Assembly (NCBI GenBank): GCA_024235655.1
Contig: JACKLY010000007.1
Span: 15,361 to 79,360 of the forward strand
Direction: 5' to 3'
DNA length: 64,000 nt
Source of the DNA: Zoogloeaceae bacterium
GTDB lineage: Bacteria > Pseudomonadota > Gammaproteobacteria > Burkholderiales > Rhodocyclaceae
Shown here: positions 36,511 through 47,808 of the stretch, piece by piece
Layout of the letters: every line of letters starts with the position of its first letter
Position numbering within the stretch: position 1 is the first letter of the stretch
The notes under the pieces: model-generated
What the model was told of the DNA's origin: nothing
What the model saw: only the letters and a program-made list of their open reading frames with translations
Databases searched by the model: none
Position numbers and translations under genes: made by a program

Positions 36511-38261
36511 AGCTTCTCCTTCGGCAACTCAGCCTGCGCCGCCTGCACGACATTCATTCGAGGCGCGTCCGGCGGCACACCCAGGGTGCGCAGTGAAGCT
36601 CCAACAATGGCCGAGAAGGTCGGCGAAGCAACATCGCCACCGAAATATTTGGCTCCCGATGGCTCATCAAGCATGACAGCGACAATCAGGCGCGGATCAG
36701 ACACCGGCGCGAAGCCAACAAATGAGGAAACATACTTGTTGGCATACAGCCCACCTTCCAGCTTGTGCGCCGTTCCCGTTTTTCCGGCAACACGGTATCC
36801 AGGCACCTGGGCTTTTGGTGCCGTGCCCCCCGGCCCTGCTGCCATTTCCAGCATGGCCCGGATTTCACGCGCCGTCTGCGGCGAAAAGACCGGAACCCCG
36901 GTCACCGGGCCATCTTCCAGACGCGTCAGCGACAAGGGAATCAATTCACCATCCCGGGCAAACACGGTATAGGACCGCGCCAGCTGCATCAGGGAAACCG
37001 AGATGCCGTGTCCATAGGACATCGTTGCCTGTTCAATCGGTCGCCAGGATTTCCACGGACGCAAACGCCCCGGCACTTCACCCGGGAAGCCCAGTTGTGC
37101 CGTCTGGCCGAAACCGACGGCATCGAACATTTCCCACATTTCCTGTGGCGAGAATGTCGCTGCCATCTTGGCCGACCCGACATTCGATGATTTCTGGATC
37201 ACTTCGGCAACCGTCAAAGCCCCATGGGGGTGCGCATCGGATATGGTGGCCTTGCCGATAGTCAATCGACCGGGGGCGCAATTGATGATCGTATCGAAAC
37301 GGAACTTTCCACTCTCAAGCGCCAGTGCCGCTGTAAACGGCTTCAGCGTTGACCCCGGCTCAAAGGTGTCAGTGACTGCACGGTTACGTAACTGACCGCC
37401 GGAGAGATGTTCTCGGTTGTTCGGGTTGTAGCTGGGCCAGTTGGTCAACGCCAGAATCTCGCCACTCTTGGCGTCGATGACCACTGCACCACCCGCTTTG
37501 GCCTTGTGCTCGGCGACAGCCTGCTTGAGATAGCTATAGGCCAGGTACTGAATCTTTGAATCCAGCGACAGGCGGATATCCTTGCCGTCCTGCGGCGGGC
37601 GGATCGACCCAACGTCTTCGACAATCTGCCCACGCCGGTCACGAATGACACTACGACTGCCGACGTGCCCCACCAGACTTTTCTCGAAGGCCAGCTCGAC
37701 ACCTTCCAGCCCCTTGTCGTCAACGCCGGTAAAGCCCACCATGTGGGCCGCCATGTCGCCGGTCGGGTAGTAACGACGGTATTCCTTGTTCTGATAAATC
37801 CCCGGCAGTTTGAGTGCCGCAACCCGATCCGCCACCTCCGGCGCCACCTGTCGTTGCAGATAGACAAAGCCCTTGTCGCTGGCCAGGCGACGCGTCAACT
37901 CGCGGGAATCGATCCCAAGCACCTTGGTCAGTTGCTGCGACTGTTCGGCACTCAGGCGGGCATCAGCCGGGATAGCCCAGATCGATTTCATCGGGGTCGA
38001 GATCGCCAGCACATCGCCATTACGATCGGTAATCTTGCCGCGTGAAGCTGAAATTTCAAGATCGCGACGATAGCGGGACTCGCCTTTTTCCTGCAGGAAA
38101 TCGTTATTGACCACCTGCAGATAAAAGGCGCGGCCAACCAGTACGCCGAAGGCCGATAGCAGCAGCAAGGCCACCATGCGCGAGCGCCATGCCGGCAACG
38201 CCAGCTGCAGCACCGGGCTTTCCGTGAAACGATGGCTGCGTCCGCCTTTGCCACGCATCAT
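36507..38261 (-). CDS. ftsI: Class B PBP (PBP3) transpeptidase
   Basis: RGKITDRNG, EPGSTLK (SxxK), SSN, KTGT. Confidence 0.97.
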   Translation of the reverse strand: MMRGKGGRSHRFTESPVLQLALPAWRSRMVALLLLSAFGVLVGRAFYLQVVNNDFLQEKGESRYRRDLEISASRGKITDRNGDVLAISTPMKSIWAIPADARLSAEQSQQLTKVLGIDSRELTRRLASDKGFVYLQRQVAPEVADRVAALKLPGIYQNKEYRRYYPTGDMAAHMVGFTGVDDKGLEGVELAFEKSLVGHVGSRSVIRDRRGQIVEDVGSIRPPQDGKDIRLSLDSKIQYLAYSYLKQAVAEHKAKAGGAVVIDAKSGEILALTNWPSYNPNNREHLSGGQLRNRAVTDTFEPGSTLKPFTAALALESGKFRFDTIINCAPGRLTIGKATISDAHPHGALTVAEVIQKSSNVGSAKMAATFSPQEMWEMFDAVGFGQTAQLGFPGEVPGRLRPWKSWRPIEQATMSYGHGISVSLMQLARSYTVFARDGELIPLSLTRLEDGPVTGVPVFSPQTAREIRAMLEMAAGPGGTAPKAQVPGYRVAGKTGTAHKLEGGLYANKYVSSFVGFAPVSDPRLIVAVMLDEPSGAKYFGGDVASPTFSAIVGASLRTLGVPPDAPRMNVVQAAQAELPKEKL

Positions 38262-38533
38262 TTCGCCCTCTCGCGCGGCGAAGCCACCAGCATTTTTGCT
38301 GGCTCCGGCGTACGCATCTTCAGCCGGTCGCGCGCAATTTTTTCAATGCGCGGATGCGTTGCCCAGGTCGACAACTCCAGTTGCAACTGACCGAATTCGA
38401 CATCCAGCTGCCGGGCATGCTCCTGCGCCGACTCAAGCTCCTGAAAGAGCTTGCGTGCCTTGTGCTGGGAAGTCACCACCCCCAGCGCACAGAACACCAC
38501 GAAGAAGAGGAGTGCCATGTTGGTCCGGAGCAT
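38258..38533 (-). CDS. ftsL: Cell division protein FtsL
   Basis: Short TM + leucine-zipper (QLQLELST, RIEKIAR..LKM) between rsmH and ftsI. Confidence 0.92.
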   Translation of the reverse strand: MLRTNMALLFFVVFCALGVVTSQHKARKLFQELESAQEHARQLDVEFGQLQLELSTWATHPRIEKIARDRLKMRTPEPAKMLVASPRERAK

Positions 38534-39459
38534 CAGCACTTCTCCCCGATACGCATCACCGCACTGCGGGCACGCGGATTGGCACTGATTTCGGCAGCAG
38601 ACGGCTTCACTGGCTTGCCGATCAAGCGCAGCCTGGCCGGCGGCAATTGGGAGGCCTTGAGTGGAAGATTTTTTGGCAGAGTATCCGGCGACGCCTCATC
38701 GCGCATGAAGCGCTTGACGATGCGATCCTCGAGCGAATGAAAACTGATCACCACCAGACGCCCTTCCGGGTTAAGTACATCTCTCGCTTGCGGCAGTGCT
38801 AGCGCAAGTTGCTCGAGTTCTTGATTGATATGAATCCGTAAAGCTTGAAAGGTGCGCGTCGCCGGGTCCTGGCCGGGCTCGCGGGTCCGCACGGTCTCGC
38901 GTACAAGCGAGGCGAGCTCACCTGTGGTTGCAAGAGGCCGCTCGCTCCGAGCAGCCACAATCTTCTTTGCAATCTGGAAAGCAAACCGTTCTTCGCCATA
39001 GTCCCTCACCACCTGTGTAATTTCTCTTACGTCGGCCCGCGCCAGCCATTCCGCCACCGTCTCGCCCTGCGTCGTATCCATCCGCATGTCGAGTGGCGCA
39101 TCGAAACGAAAGCTGAACCCCCGCTCCCCCTCATCCAGCTGTGGCGACGAAACACCGATATCCATCAGCACCCCATCAACACCGCCGAATCCTGCCTCGC
39201 ATACCGCATCGGCCAACTCGCCGAACGCGTGATGCACAACCTTCAATCTCTTGTCACCGATCGCGGCAGCAGCTTCAATCGCCCGCGGATCGCGATCCAG
39301 CGCCAACAGACGCCCTTCCGGCCCCAACTGCTCAAGAATTGCCTTGCTGTGGCCACCGCGTCCGAAGGTGGCGTCTACGTAAACGCCGGCAGGCTTGATT
39401 GCCAGCGCCTCGACCGCCTCCCGCAGCAGAACCGTCAGGTGCTGCGCGGGAGCATTCAC
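38533..39459 (-). CDS. rsmH: 16S rRNA m4C1402 methyltransferase
   Basis: [38 protein letters not shown]. Confidence 0.98.
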   Translation of the reverse strand: MNAPAQHLTVLLREAVEALAIKPAGVYVDATFGRGGHSKAILEQLGPEGRLLALDRDPRAIEAAAAIGDKRLKVVHHAFGELADAVCEAGFGGVDGVLMDIGVSSPQLDEGERGFSFRFDAPLDMRMDTTQGETVAEWLARADVREITQVVRDYGEERFAFQIAKKIVAARSERPLATTGELASLVRETVRTREPGQDPATRTFQALRIHINQELEQLALALPQARDVLNPEGRLVVISFHSLEDRIVKRFMRDEASPDTLPKNLPLKASQLPPARLRLIGKPVKPSAAEISANPRARSAVMRIGEKC

Positions 39460-39902
39460 AAGGCTAAATCCTCAAGGCCAGGCGGCAGCAGCTGATCCCC
39501 AAGGGCAAAAATTGCCTCTTGCTGCTTTTGCCAACCGGCATCCGACCAGATTTCAAAATGATTACCCTGCCCGACCAACCACACCTGTTTTTCAAGCTGA
39601 GCAAACTGGCGCAATTCGGGCGCCACCAACAGACGGCCAGCCGAATCAAGCGACTCTTCGCGCGCAAAGCCGACCAGCAAGCGCTTGAGCAGCGCGGACT
39701 GCTGTTCGAGGCTGGGCGCCGAAACAACCTTGTCGCGAATGGGTTCCCAGGCAGGGGCGGGATAGAGCAGAAGGCAACGGTGCGGGTGGGCAGTGAGAAC
39801 AAGGGTTCCATTGGCAGCAGCCACGAGCGCATCCCGGTGGCGAGCCGGAATGGCCAACCGTCCTTTTGCGTCGAGATTTAGCGCTGCCGCACCGAAAAAC
39901 AT
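39456..39902 (-). CDS. mraZ: Transcriptional regulator MraZ
   Basis: Duplicated DxKGR/DxAGR motifs; first gene of the dcw cluster. Confidence 0.97.
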   Translation of the reverse strand: MFFGAAALNLDAKGRLAIPARHRDALVAAANGTLVLTAHPHRCLLLYPAPAWEPIRDKVVSAPSLEQQSALLKRLLVGFAREESLDSAGRLLVAPELRQFAQLEKQVWLVGQGNHFEIWSDAGWQKQQEAIFALGDQLLPPGLEDLAL

Positions 39903-39945
39903 GTTTTCCCTTCCCCTTTCGGGACCAACCCGAATTTCCCGTAAA

Positions 39946-39997
39946 CCCACTTCATACCACTTTTTCCCACTTTAAGACCCCAAACGCATCCGGTCAA
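39946..39997 (-). promoter_or_regulatory. dcw promoter with MraZ operator
   Basis: Minus strand TTGACC (39997-39992), 17 nt, TAAAGT (39974-39969), then GTGGG/GTGGT/GTGGG repeats at exact 10-bp period (39970, 39960, 39950), the known MraZ-binding pattern. Confidence 0.85.
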
Positions 39998-40191
39998 GGA
40001 GTTTTTGCGAATTTTTTCAATGACTACAATGACTTAGGCGTGTTTTTGCATGGATTTTTCATGAATTTTTCCCTTATAAAACAATGGTCGCGAACGGCAA
40101 CTTAAAGTGCTTTGTTAGAAGTGGGGAGGAAAACCGAGGAACCCTGATGACATAGCGCGGTCTGTTCAGCACCTCACCCACGGAGACCTAC

Positions 40192-40794
40192 ATGAAGCTC
40201 TACTACAGCCCCGGCGCCTGCTCCCTCTCCCCGCACATCGTCCTGTGCGAGGCCGGACTGCACCACGAACTGATCAAGGTGGATCTCAAGACCAAGATGA
40301 CGCAGAACGGCGACGACTTCCTCGCCACCAACCCCAAGGGCTATGTGCCGACTCTGGTCACTGACGAAGGGGAAGTGCTCACCGAAGGGCCGGCCATCGT
40401 GCAATATCTGGCCGATCTGGTACCAGACAGCAGACTGGCGCCGGCCAACAACACCATGGCGCGTGTTCGCCTGCAGGAGTGGCTGAACTTCATTTCAACC
40501 GAAGTACACAAGGGCTTCAGCCCGCTCTTCCGCAATGCGCCGGCAGAATGGCAGGAGATTGTCCGCGCCACCCTGGCACAGCGCTTTGCACTCATCGCGG
40601 AAACCCTGGACAAGCAGCCTTATGTACTCGGTGAGCAGTTCAGTGTTGCCGATGCCTACCTGTTCACCGTGCTTGGCTGGGCGAAATGGGTGAAAGTCGA
40701 CCTCGCCCCGTGGCCGGTACTGAATGACTATCTGGCACGTGTTGCCGCCCGCCCGGGAGTACAGATGGCGCTGAAAACGGAAGGACTCCTGTAG
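40192..40794 (+). CDS. gstA: Beta-class glutathione S-transferase
   Basis: MKLYYSPGACSL.PHI, NPKGYVP.L, LTEGPAIVQYLAD, FSVADAYLF. Confidence 0.92.
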   Translation: MKLYYSPGACSLSPHIVLCEAGLHHELIKVDLKTKMTQNGDDFLATNPKGYVPTLVTDEGEVLTEGPAIVQYLADLVPDSRLAPANNTMARVRLQEWLNFISTEVHKGFSPLFRNAPAEWQEIVRATLAQRFALIAETLDKQPYVLGEQFSVADAYLFTVLGWAKWVKVDLAPWPVLNDYLARVAARPGVQMALKTEGLL

Positions 40795-40803
40795 GTCAGA
40801 TAG

Positions 40804-40840
40804 AAAAACCGGCGCCAGGACAGGCCTGACGCCGGTTTTC
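40804..40840. terminator. Bidirectional terminator between gstA and rnpB
   Basis: AAAAACCGGCGCCAGG-ACAGG-CCTGACGCCGGTTTT. Confidence 0.75.
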
Positions 40841-40845
40841 ATGTG

Positions 40846-41222
40846 AGGTGAAGCTGGCCGATAAGCCGGGTTCTGTCGTGGGCAACCATTCCTCTAGGCG
40901 ACGTGTTACCACGCCGCTCAAGCAACCTACCCGGAAGCAGCGCGAGCCACGCCTGATGCTTCCCTATTTGGTCTTGCTCCGGATGGGGTTTGCCGTGCCG
41001 TCCGTGTTACCACGTCCGCGGTGAGCTCTTACCTCGCCGTTTCACCCTTGCCTGTGCCTTGCGGCCATCGGCGGTCTGTTCTCTGTTGCACTTTCCATCG
41101 TCTTGGGGCTTTCGCCTTATAGCGTCCGGCCGTTAACCGGCATCCCGCTCTGCGGAGCCCGGACTTTCCTCCCGGCACACATGTACGAGACATGCGCACC
41201 CAGCGGTTGCCTGGCCAGCTTC
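40846..41222 (-). ncRNA. rnpB: RNase P RNA, class A
   Basis: Minus strand begins GAAGCTGGCC, contains GAGGAAAGTCCGGGCTC, GAAAGTGCAACAG, GGGTGAAACGG, AAACCCC, ends ACAGAACCCGGCTTATCGGCCAGCTTCACCT. TATAAT -10 at 41235-41230. Confidence 0.98.
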
Positions 41223-41485
41223 GAGGGATATTATAGGCGAGGAGGTCACCCCCCGCCTGTTTGCAGACAAGACAATCACCCGGCAGCCCTCACCAAATCG
41301 GTATCGCTGTCATAGCCAGTGCGTCTGCCGCCAATGGAATCAAAGAAATCGGCCTGCCAATTCCGGCGCAGCGAATCCTCGCAGGCCCCAACCGGAGGCT
41401 CTCATTTTGCGTCAAACCAGCCACACCACAAGGCAGCCGGGGACAACATCGAAGATAACTTCGAAAGCGCTCGCGGGACGCCGAG

Positions 41486-42307
41486 CTAGCTGGAAGGTAG
41501 CTGACGGGATCTCCCCGGCCTGAACTGCCACACGTCATCGTAATACGCCGGGTCCTCGCTATCAGCAACCACCCCGGGCAACCCCAGCAAGGGCAAGGGT
41601 TGCAGGCTACGGGAGTCGCCATGTTTGCCAGCGGCCAGATCGGCGGCAAGCCAGCCATCAATCTCGCCGAGTTGCTCACCAACAGATTTTTCCAACCAGC
41701 CTGGCGCCACCGGCACCAAGACACATTTGGCGGTCAACCCCCGAAACGGGGAAAGCAATGCTTCATAGGTGGCATGGCCGAAAATGAACACGCGCAAACC
41801 GGCAATCACCTCCGCACGCCGTTCGACAAACAATTCCCGCCAGCAGAATCGGCGCAACAATTCAAGCAGGGAATCATCTTCTGCGACGACAACGGCACCG
41901 CACTCATCGAAATGCGTCATCGCGTCACGGGCATGCCCTCGACCGACAGCCGCTGTCGCCTCCGATTGTTCCAGCTCACTGGCATGGCGTGCCGACAATG
42001 CTGCCTTGGCACGCGGATAGCTCAGCCAGACCAGGGCGTTGAACCAGTCATGCCAGTTGTCTGGACGGGTTTCAACGACGCCGGTGGCTGCAATTCTTGC
42101 CTCATACCCCATCCCGTCCGACACGGGGGACGCAAACCGTATCGGCAAACCCTGGGCGGAAAAGACCGGTCGGGCAGCAACCAATGCCGACAGGGCAGCT
42201 GCATCAGGCGCCGGCGGAAGGGAATGCAACAAGGGCGCCAGCGGAAAGTAAAGCGGGCAGGTGAAAGGTGCCGGACAGAGCGCCGGCACCGACATGAGGC
42301 TGGGCAT
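41486..42307 (-). CDS. DUF3025 family protein
   Basis: YEARI..TG.V.TR..NWHDWFNALVW..YP.AK, RDAMTHFDE.G, FGHA.YE, Y.D...FRP; position upstream of rnpB. Start 42307 or 42295. Confidence 0.85.
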   Translation of the reverse strand: MPSLMSVPALCPAPFTCPLYFPLAPLLHSLPPAPDAAALSALVAARPVFSAQGLPIRFASPVSDGMGYEARIAATGVVETRPDNWHDWFNALVWLSYPRAKAALSARHASELEQSEATAAVGRGHARDAMTHFDECGAVVVAEDDSLLELLRRFCWRELFVERRAEVIAGLRVFIFGHATYEALLSPFRGLTAKCVLVPVAPGWLEKSVGEQLGEIDGWLAADLAAGKHGDSRSLQPLPLLGLPGVVADSEDPAYYDDVWQFRPGRSRQLPSS

Positions 42308-42330
42308 GGCGGCTTGCAAGGCTTCGGTAA

Positions 42331-42750
42331 TTACTTCACCGGTTGCGCGGCAACAAACACCAGCTTGCCATTTTCCTCGCGGAAGACCCCCACCAGTTCG
42401 CCCATGCCGCCTTCCGGCGCACCCTCCAGGCGGGCAAATTTCTGGCAGGTTTCGGTTTCCACCGAATAGAGATGGGCTCCCTCCGCCAGCAGGAAGCTTC
42501 GCGGGCCGGTCATATAGACATCGACCTTGAAGGCCGGGCTCACCGGTGCCTGAGCCAGACTGAAGCGGCGCTGGCATTCCGGCATGCGCGCCACCACCAG
42601 CTCCAGATCCATCTTCTTTTCCCAAGGGACTTTCTGCGCGCGCAGCAGGGAAATGGCATGCTCGGGCCCATCGATACGCATGGCAATGCCATCGTTGACG
42701 CAGCCACCGAGTATTGGCAGCAAGGCAAGCAAGGCGATTTTCTTCATCAT
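42331..42750 (-). CDS. Hypothetical lipoprotein
   Basis: MMKKIALLALLPILGG|C lipobox; co-oriented with pyrC. Confidence 0.75.
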   Translation of the reverse strand: MMKKIALLALLPILGGCVNDGIAMRIDGPEHAISLLRAQKVPWEKKMDLELVVARMPECQRRFSLAQAPVSPAFKVDVYMTGPRSFLLAEGAHLYSVETETCQKFARLEGAPEGGMGELVGVFREENGKLVFVAAQPVK

Positions 42751-42758
42751 CGAATCCC

Positions 42759-43793
42759 TCAGTCGACGAAACGCCAGTTCAGGGTTTCTCCTGCACGCAG
42801 CGGCACCAGTGTTTCGCCGGGAATGTAGTCGAATGCCTCCGGCACGGATTGCGGCTGTTTTTCCAGCGTGATCTGCGTGCTATTGCGTGGCAAACGGTAA
42901 AAATCCGGGCCGAAGAAACTGGAAAAGCCTTCCAGCCGATCAAGCGCGCCGGCGGCATCAAAAGCCTCGGCATACAACTCCATCGCGGCATACGCGGTGT
43001 AGCACCCGGCACAGCCACAAGCCGCCTCCTTGGCGCCGCGCGCATGCGGTGCGGAATCGGTGCCGAGGAAGAACTTCGGGCTGCCCGAGACGGCGGCCTG
43101 CACCAGTGCCGCCCGGTGCAACTCGCGCTTCAGCACCGGCAGGCAGTACCAGTGCGGGCGAACGCCCCCCTGAAAAATCGCGTTGCGGTTGTAGAGCAGG
43201 TGGTGGGCGGTAATCGTCGCCGCTACATTATCCCCGGCGGCCGCCACAAACTCGGCGGCATCCTTGGTGGTGATGTGCTCCATGACCACGCGCAGGCCGG
43301 GATGGCGCTTGAGCAGCGGCGACAGCACGCGCTCGATGAACACCGCCTCGCGATCGAACAGATCGATGTCGCCATCGGTCACCTCGCCATGCACCAGCAG
43401 CGGCAGGCCGAGCTTTTCCATTTCAGCCAGTGCCGCGTCACAGCGCAGCAGGTCGGTCACCCCGGCATCGGAATTGGTGGTTGCCCCGGCCGGATAGAGC
43501 TTCACCGCCTTGACGAAACCGGAAGCCACTGCCCGGCGGACTTCCTCGGCCGGCGTGTTGTCGGTCAGGTACAGGGTCATCAGCGGTTCGAAATCCATGC
43601 CGGCCGGCAGCGCGGCAAGAATACGCTCGCGGTAGGCTGCCGCCAGCTCAACGGTGGTCACCGGCGGCTTCAGATTCGGCATGACAATGGCCCGCGCAAA
43701 CTGGCGTGCCGTATGGGGCAGCACGGCCTTCAGCGCATCGCCATCACGCAGGTGCAGGTGCCAGTCGTCGGGGCGGGTAATCGTAAGTTTCAT
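42759..43793 (-). CDS. pyrC: Dihydroorotase (homodimeric type)
   Basis: [39 protein letters not shown]. Confidence 0.98.
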   Translation of the reverse strand: MKLTITRPDDWHLHLRDGDALKAVLPHTARQFARAIVMPNLKPPVTTVELAAAYRERILAALPAGMDFEPLMTLYLTDNTPAEEVRRAVASGFVKAVKLYPAGATTNSDAGVTDLLRCDAALAEMEKLGLPLLVHGEVTDGDIDLFDREAVFIERVLSPLLKRHPGLRVVMEHITTKDAAEFVAAAGDNVAATITAHHLLYNRNAIFQGGVRPHWYCLPVLKRELHRAALVQAAVSGSPKFFLGTDSAPHARGAKEAACGCAGCYTAYAAMELYAEAFDAAGALDRLEGFSSFFGPDFYRLPRNSTQITLEKQPQSVPEAFDYIPGETLVPLRAGETLNWRFVD

Positions 43794-43853
43794 GTTCGGT
43801 AAATTTCGTGAATTGTTGAATTCTAGGCCATTTGATAAACGTCGCCCATCTCA

Positions 43854-44264
43854 CTACTCAGAAGGCAGGATGCCGAATTCAGAAGCAAGCAGTTCGGGAG
43901 CATTCCGGAGCAAGACTTTCACTCGATCCGGAGAGAGGCGTGTCACATTTGCCGCCCCCCCAGCGATCACCACACAAAAATACTCACCATGCTCATTTTT
44001 GCAAATCCTGTTGAGAACGACGCCACCGGATTCGAGATCAAACCATTTTTCCTGATCGAAAAGGGATATGGCAGAAGCTCCGCGCAATGACCACGGCTCA
44101 CCTTCCACACCATATCTAACCGCATCAAATGCGGTTTCGATCTCCACATCCGGATCAATTCGCCGAGAAAATCGATTCAGCAGGTAAAAAAGCAGCGCGG
44201 TCATTACGCTAGCCGTAAAAACTCCAAGAACGATGGGGTTTGTGAAGAACGCGACCACAATCAA
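43854..44264 (-). CDS. Hypothetical membrane-anchored protein, lower GC (start uncertain)
   Basis: Fills the rsmI-pyrC gap; TTG overlaps the rsmI TGA; N-terminal TM helix; no recognised motif. Confidence 0.55.
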   Translation of the reverse strand: MIVVAFFTNPIVLGVFTASVMTALLFYLLNRFSRRIDPDVEIETAFDAVRYGVEGEPWSLRGASAISLFDQEKWFDLESGGVVLNRICKNEHGEYFCVVIAGGAANVTRLSPDRVKVLLRNAPELLASEFGILPSE

Positions 44265-45109
44265 GCGCCTGCGCGAAGTGCCAAGGCCCGTTCATACAGC
44301 ATATTCTTCGACACCCCGGTAATGGCATGCGCCAGCTTTGCCGCCTGCTTGACCGGCAAACCCTCGTCGAGCAGCAGGGTGAGAATGCGATCCGCTTCGG
44401 CACCATCGTCTTCGGCCGCCACCGGCGCATCAACGATCAACACAAACTCGCCACGCTGCTGGTTCGCGTCGGCCTCTAGCCAGGCCATCGCTTCGCCCAG
44501 CGTGCAGGCATGGATGGTTTCAAACAGCTTGGTCAGTTCGCGGGCAATGACGATCCGGCGATCCTTACCCAGCGTCGTCTGCAGCGCGGCCACGGTTTCA
44601 AGAATACGGTGCGGTGCTTCGTAGAAAACCAGGGCATAGGGTGCAGTCGCCAGCGCTCTCAGCACTTCCTCGCGCTGCTTTGCCCTGGTCGGCAGAAAGC
44701 CATGGAACAACCAGTGCGGCGCCGTAATGCCGGAGGCTGACAATGCCGCCACTGCGGCACAGGCTCCGGGCAGGGGCACCACCTTGTAGCCGGCCTCGCG
44801 TACGCGCCCCACCAGCCGGGCACCGGGATCGGAAATGGCGGGGGTGCCGGCATCCGAGATCAGGGCGACGGATTCACCATGGGCCAGCCTGTCGATCACC
44901 TGCTGTGCCGCAGCCTCTTCGTTATGCTGGTGTGCCGGCAGCAGGCGTGCCGACGCGCCAAGGTGGCGCAACAGGGGGGCGGAATGCCTTGTATCCTCGG
45001 CGGCCACCCAGGGCACGGCACGCAGCACATCGGCCGCACGCGTGCTCAGGTCACCGAGGTTTCCGAGCGGGGTGGCAACCACATACAATGCGGGAGATTC
45101 TTCTGTCAT
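44261..45109 (-). CDS. rsmI: 16S rRNA Cm1402 methyltransferase
   Basis: LYVVATPLGNL.D, AEDTR, SDAGTP.ISDPG, YEAPHR, RELTK.FE; true start ATG 45109. Confidence 0.97.
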   Translation of the reverse strand: MTEESPALYVVATPLGNLGDLSTRAADVLRAVPWVAAEDTRHSAPLLRHLGASARLLPAHQHNEEAAAQQVIDRLAHGESVALISDAGTPAISDPGARLVGRVREAGYKVVPLPGACAAVAALSASGITAPHWLFHGFLPTRAKQREEVLRALATAPYALVFYEAPHRILETVAALQTTLGKDRRIVIARELTKLFETIHACTLGEAMAWLEADANQQRGEFVLIVDAPVAAEDDGAEADRILTLLLDEGLPVKQAAKLAHAITGVSKNMLYERALALRAGA

Positions 45110-45116
45110 GAGGATG

Positions 45117-45488
45117 ATGATTCCGGTGAAGCCCAAAGATACCACGGACGGCGCCCGCGCCGAGGCGCTGGCCGCATCCTTTCTGCAGCGCCACGGATTG
45201 CGCGTGATCGAGCACAACTTTCGCGTGCGTGGCGGCGAGATCGACCTGATCTGCCGGGATGGCAATTCGCTGGTTTTTGTCGAAGTACGCTTGCGCACGC
45301 ACCGGGAATTCGGTGGCGCCAGTGCCAGCATCTCGCCTGCCAAGCGCCGTCGCTTGATACTGGCGGCACGGCATTATCTTGTACGACAGCCCGATGCCAT
45401 ATGCCGCTTTGACTGCGTGCTGATGGACGGGCTGACGGAAGCAAACATCGAATGGCTGCGCAATGCGTTTTCTGCCGACGACATGTAA
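45117..45488 (+). CDS. yraN: YraN family endonuclease-like protein (start uncertain, 45114-45126)
   Basis: G.RAE, N.R..GGEIDLI, LVFVEVR.R, CRFD, WLRNAF. Confidence 0.92.
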   Translation: MIPVKPKDTTDGARAEALAASFLQRHGLRVIEHNFRVRGGEIDLICRDGNSLVFVEVRLRTHREFGGASASISPAKRRRLILAARHYLVRQPDAICRFDCVLMDGLTEANIEWLRNAFSADDM

Positions 45489-45843
45489 CCTGTTTGCCGC
45501 CTTCTCGCTGGCGGCTGCGGCGTGCGCAGCAGACAATGTCAGCATCCAGGTACAGCATTCACCGCTTGCCGGCAGCCAGTATTACGCCCTGACCGCCGCC
45601 TGGCCGGAGATCCGCGTCGGTGACCGGCTGACGCTGATCCGGGAACCGGAGAATCGTCATGACCGCCATGCGATTCGCGTTGAATGGCGGGGGCAGAAGC
45701 TCGGCTACGTACCCCGTGCCGAAAACCGGGCACTGGCGGCAGCGATGGATCGAGAAGAGCGTGCCAGCGCCCGGGTTTCCCGCCTGCGCGACGACAGGAA
45801 CCCGTGGCAACGCGTCGAATTCGAGGTCTATCTTGACCTCTGA
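45463..45843 (+). CDS. HIRAN domain protein with signal-peptide-like N-terminus
   Basis: LAG.QYY, L.L.REPEN.HD..AI.V, KLGYVPR are HIRAN hallmarks. Confidence 0.85.
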   Translation: MRFLPTTCNLFAAFSLAAAACAADNVSIQVQHSPLAGSQYYALTAAWPEIRVGDRLTLIREPENRHDRHAIRVEWRGQKLGYVPRAENRALAAAMDREERASARVSRLRDDRNPWQRVEFEVYLDL

Positions 45844-45846
45844 TAG

Positions 45847-47156
<1,310 letters not shown>

Positions 47157-47164
47157 TCACTGTA

Positions 47165-47656
47165 ATGTCTGAATACGCCGCCCCGGAGTTCGAGGCCAAA
47201 ATATGTTCGCCGGAACTCCTGGGCAGGCGCTGCGGCGAACTGCCACGGCCACTGGTATTCACCAACGGCTGCTTCGACATCCTGCACCGCGGCCATGTCA
47301 CCTACCTGGCACAGGCACGTGCACTCGGTGCCGCCCTGATCGTGGCGCTCAACAGCGATGATTCGGTGAAGCGACTGGGTAAAGGCGATGACCGCCCGGT
47401 CAATCCGCTGACAAACCGGCTGGCCGTGATGGCCTCGCTGGGCTGCGTGGATATGGTGACCTGGTTCGACGAAGACACGCCCCTGCAACGCATTCTTGAT
47501 TGCCGGCCGGACGTACTGGTCAAGGGGGGAGACTGGGCGCCGGAGCGCATTGTCGGGGCCGCAGAAGTCCGGGCCTGGGGCGGCAGCGTACATTCGATCC
47601 CGTTCCTGCACGAAACCTCGACCACGGCACTACTGGAAAAGATTCGTCGCCTGTAA
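47165..47656 (+). CDS. rfaE2: D-glycero-beta-D-manno-heptose 1-phosphate adenylyltransferase
   Basis: FTNGCFDILHRGH, LNSD.SV.RL.KG..RP, VKGGDW, STT. Confidence 0.92.
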   Translation: MSEYAAPEFEAKICSPELLGRRCGELPRPLVFTNGCFDILHRGHVTYLAQARALGAALIVALNSDDSVKRLGKGDDRPVNPLTNRLAVMASLGCVDMVTWFDEDTPLQRILDCRPDVLVKGGDWAPERIVGAAEVRAWGGSVHSIPFLHETSTTALLEKIRRL

Positions 47657-47808
47657 AACCAGCCCGAGTCAGCCAGCGGTCAGACAAAGGCCGTATAAAG
47701 GAGGCGTGGCGTCACCTTGCCTCCTCCATGTTCTCTCCTCCGTCGTCTAGCGCCAACGCTCAACGGCAGCTCGGTGGCGCCACACCACCATCGCCGCAAG
47801 GCAACAAC

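Noticed and set aside
40495-41315. Short ORFs over the gstA 3' end and rnpB region
   Set aside because: They overlap gstA antisense or the RNase P RNA gene.
42308-42625. Long N-terminal extension of the DUF3025 ORF
   Set aside because: Overlaps the upstream lipoprotein gene in another frame; conserved motifs start after 42307.
45110-45343. RsmI and YraN N-terminal extensions overlapping each other
   Set aside because: Both are artefacts of a tight head-to-head arrangement; family motifs begin near 45109 and 45117-45126.
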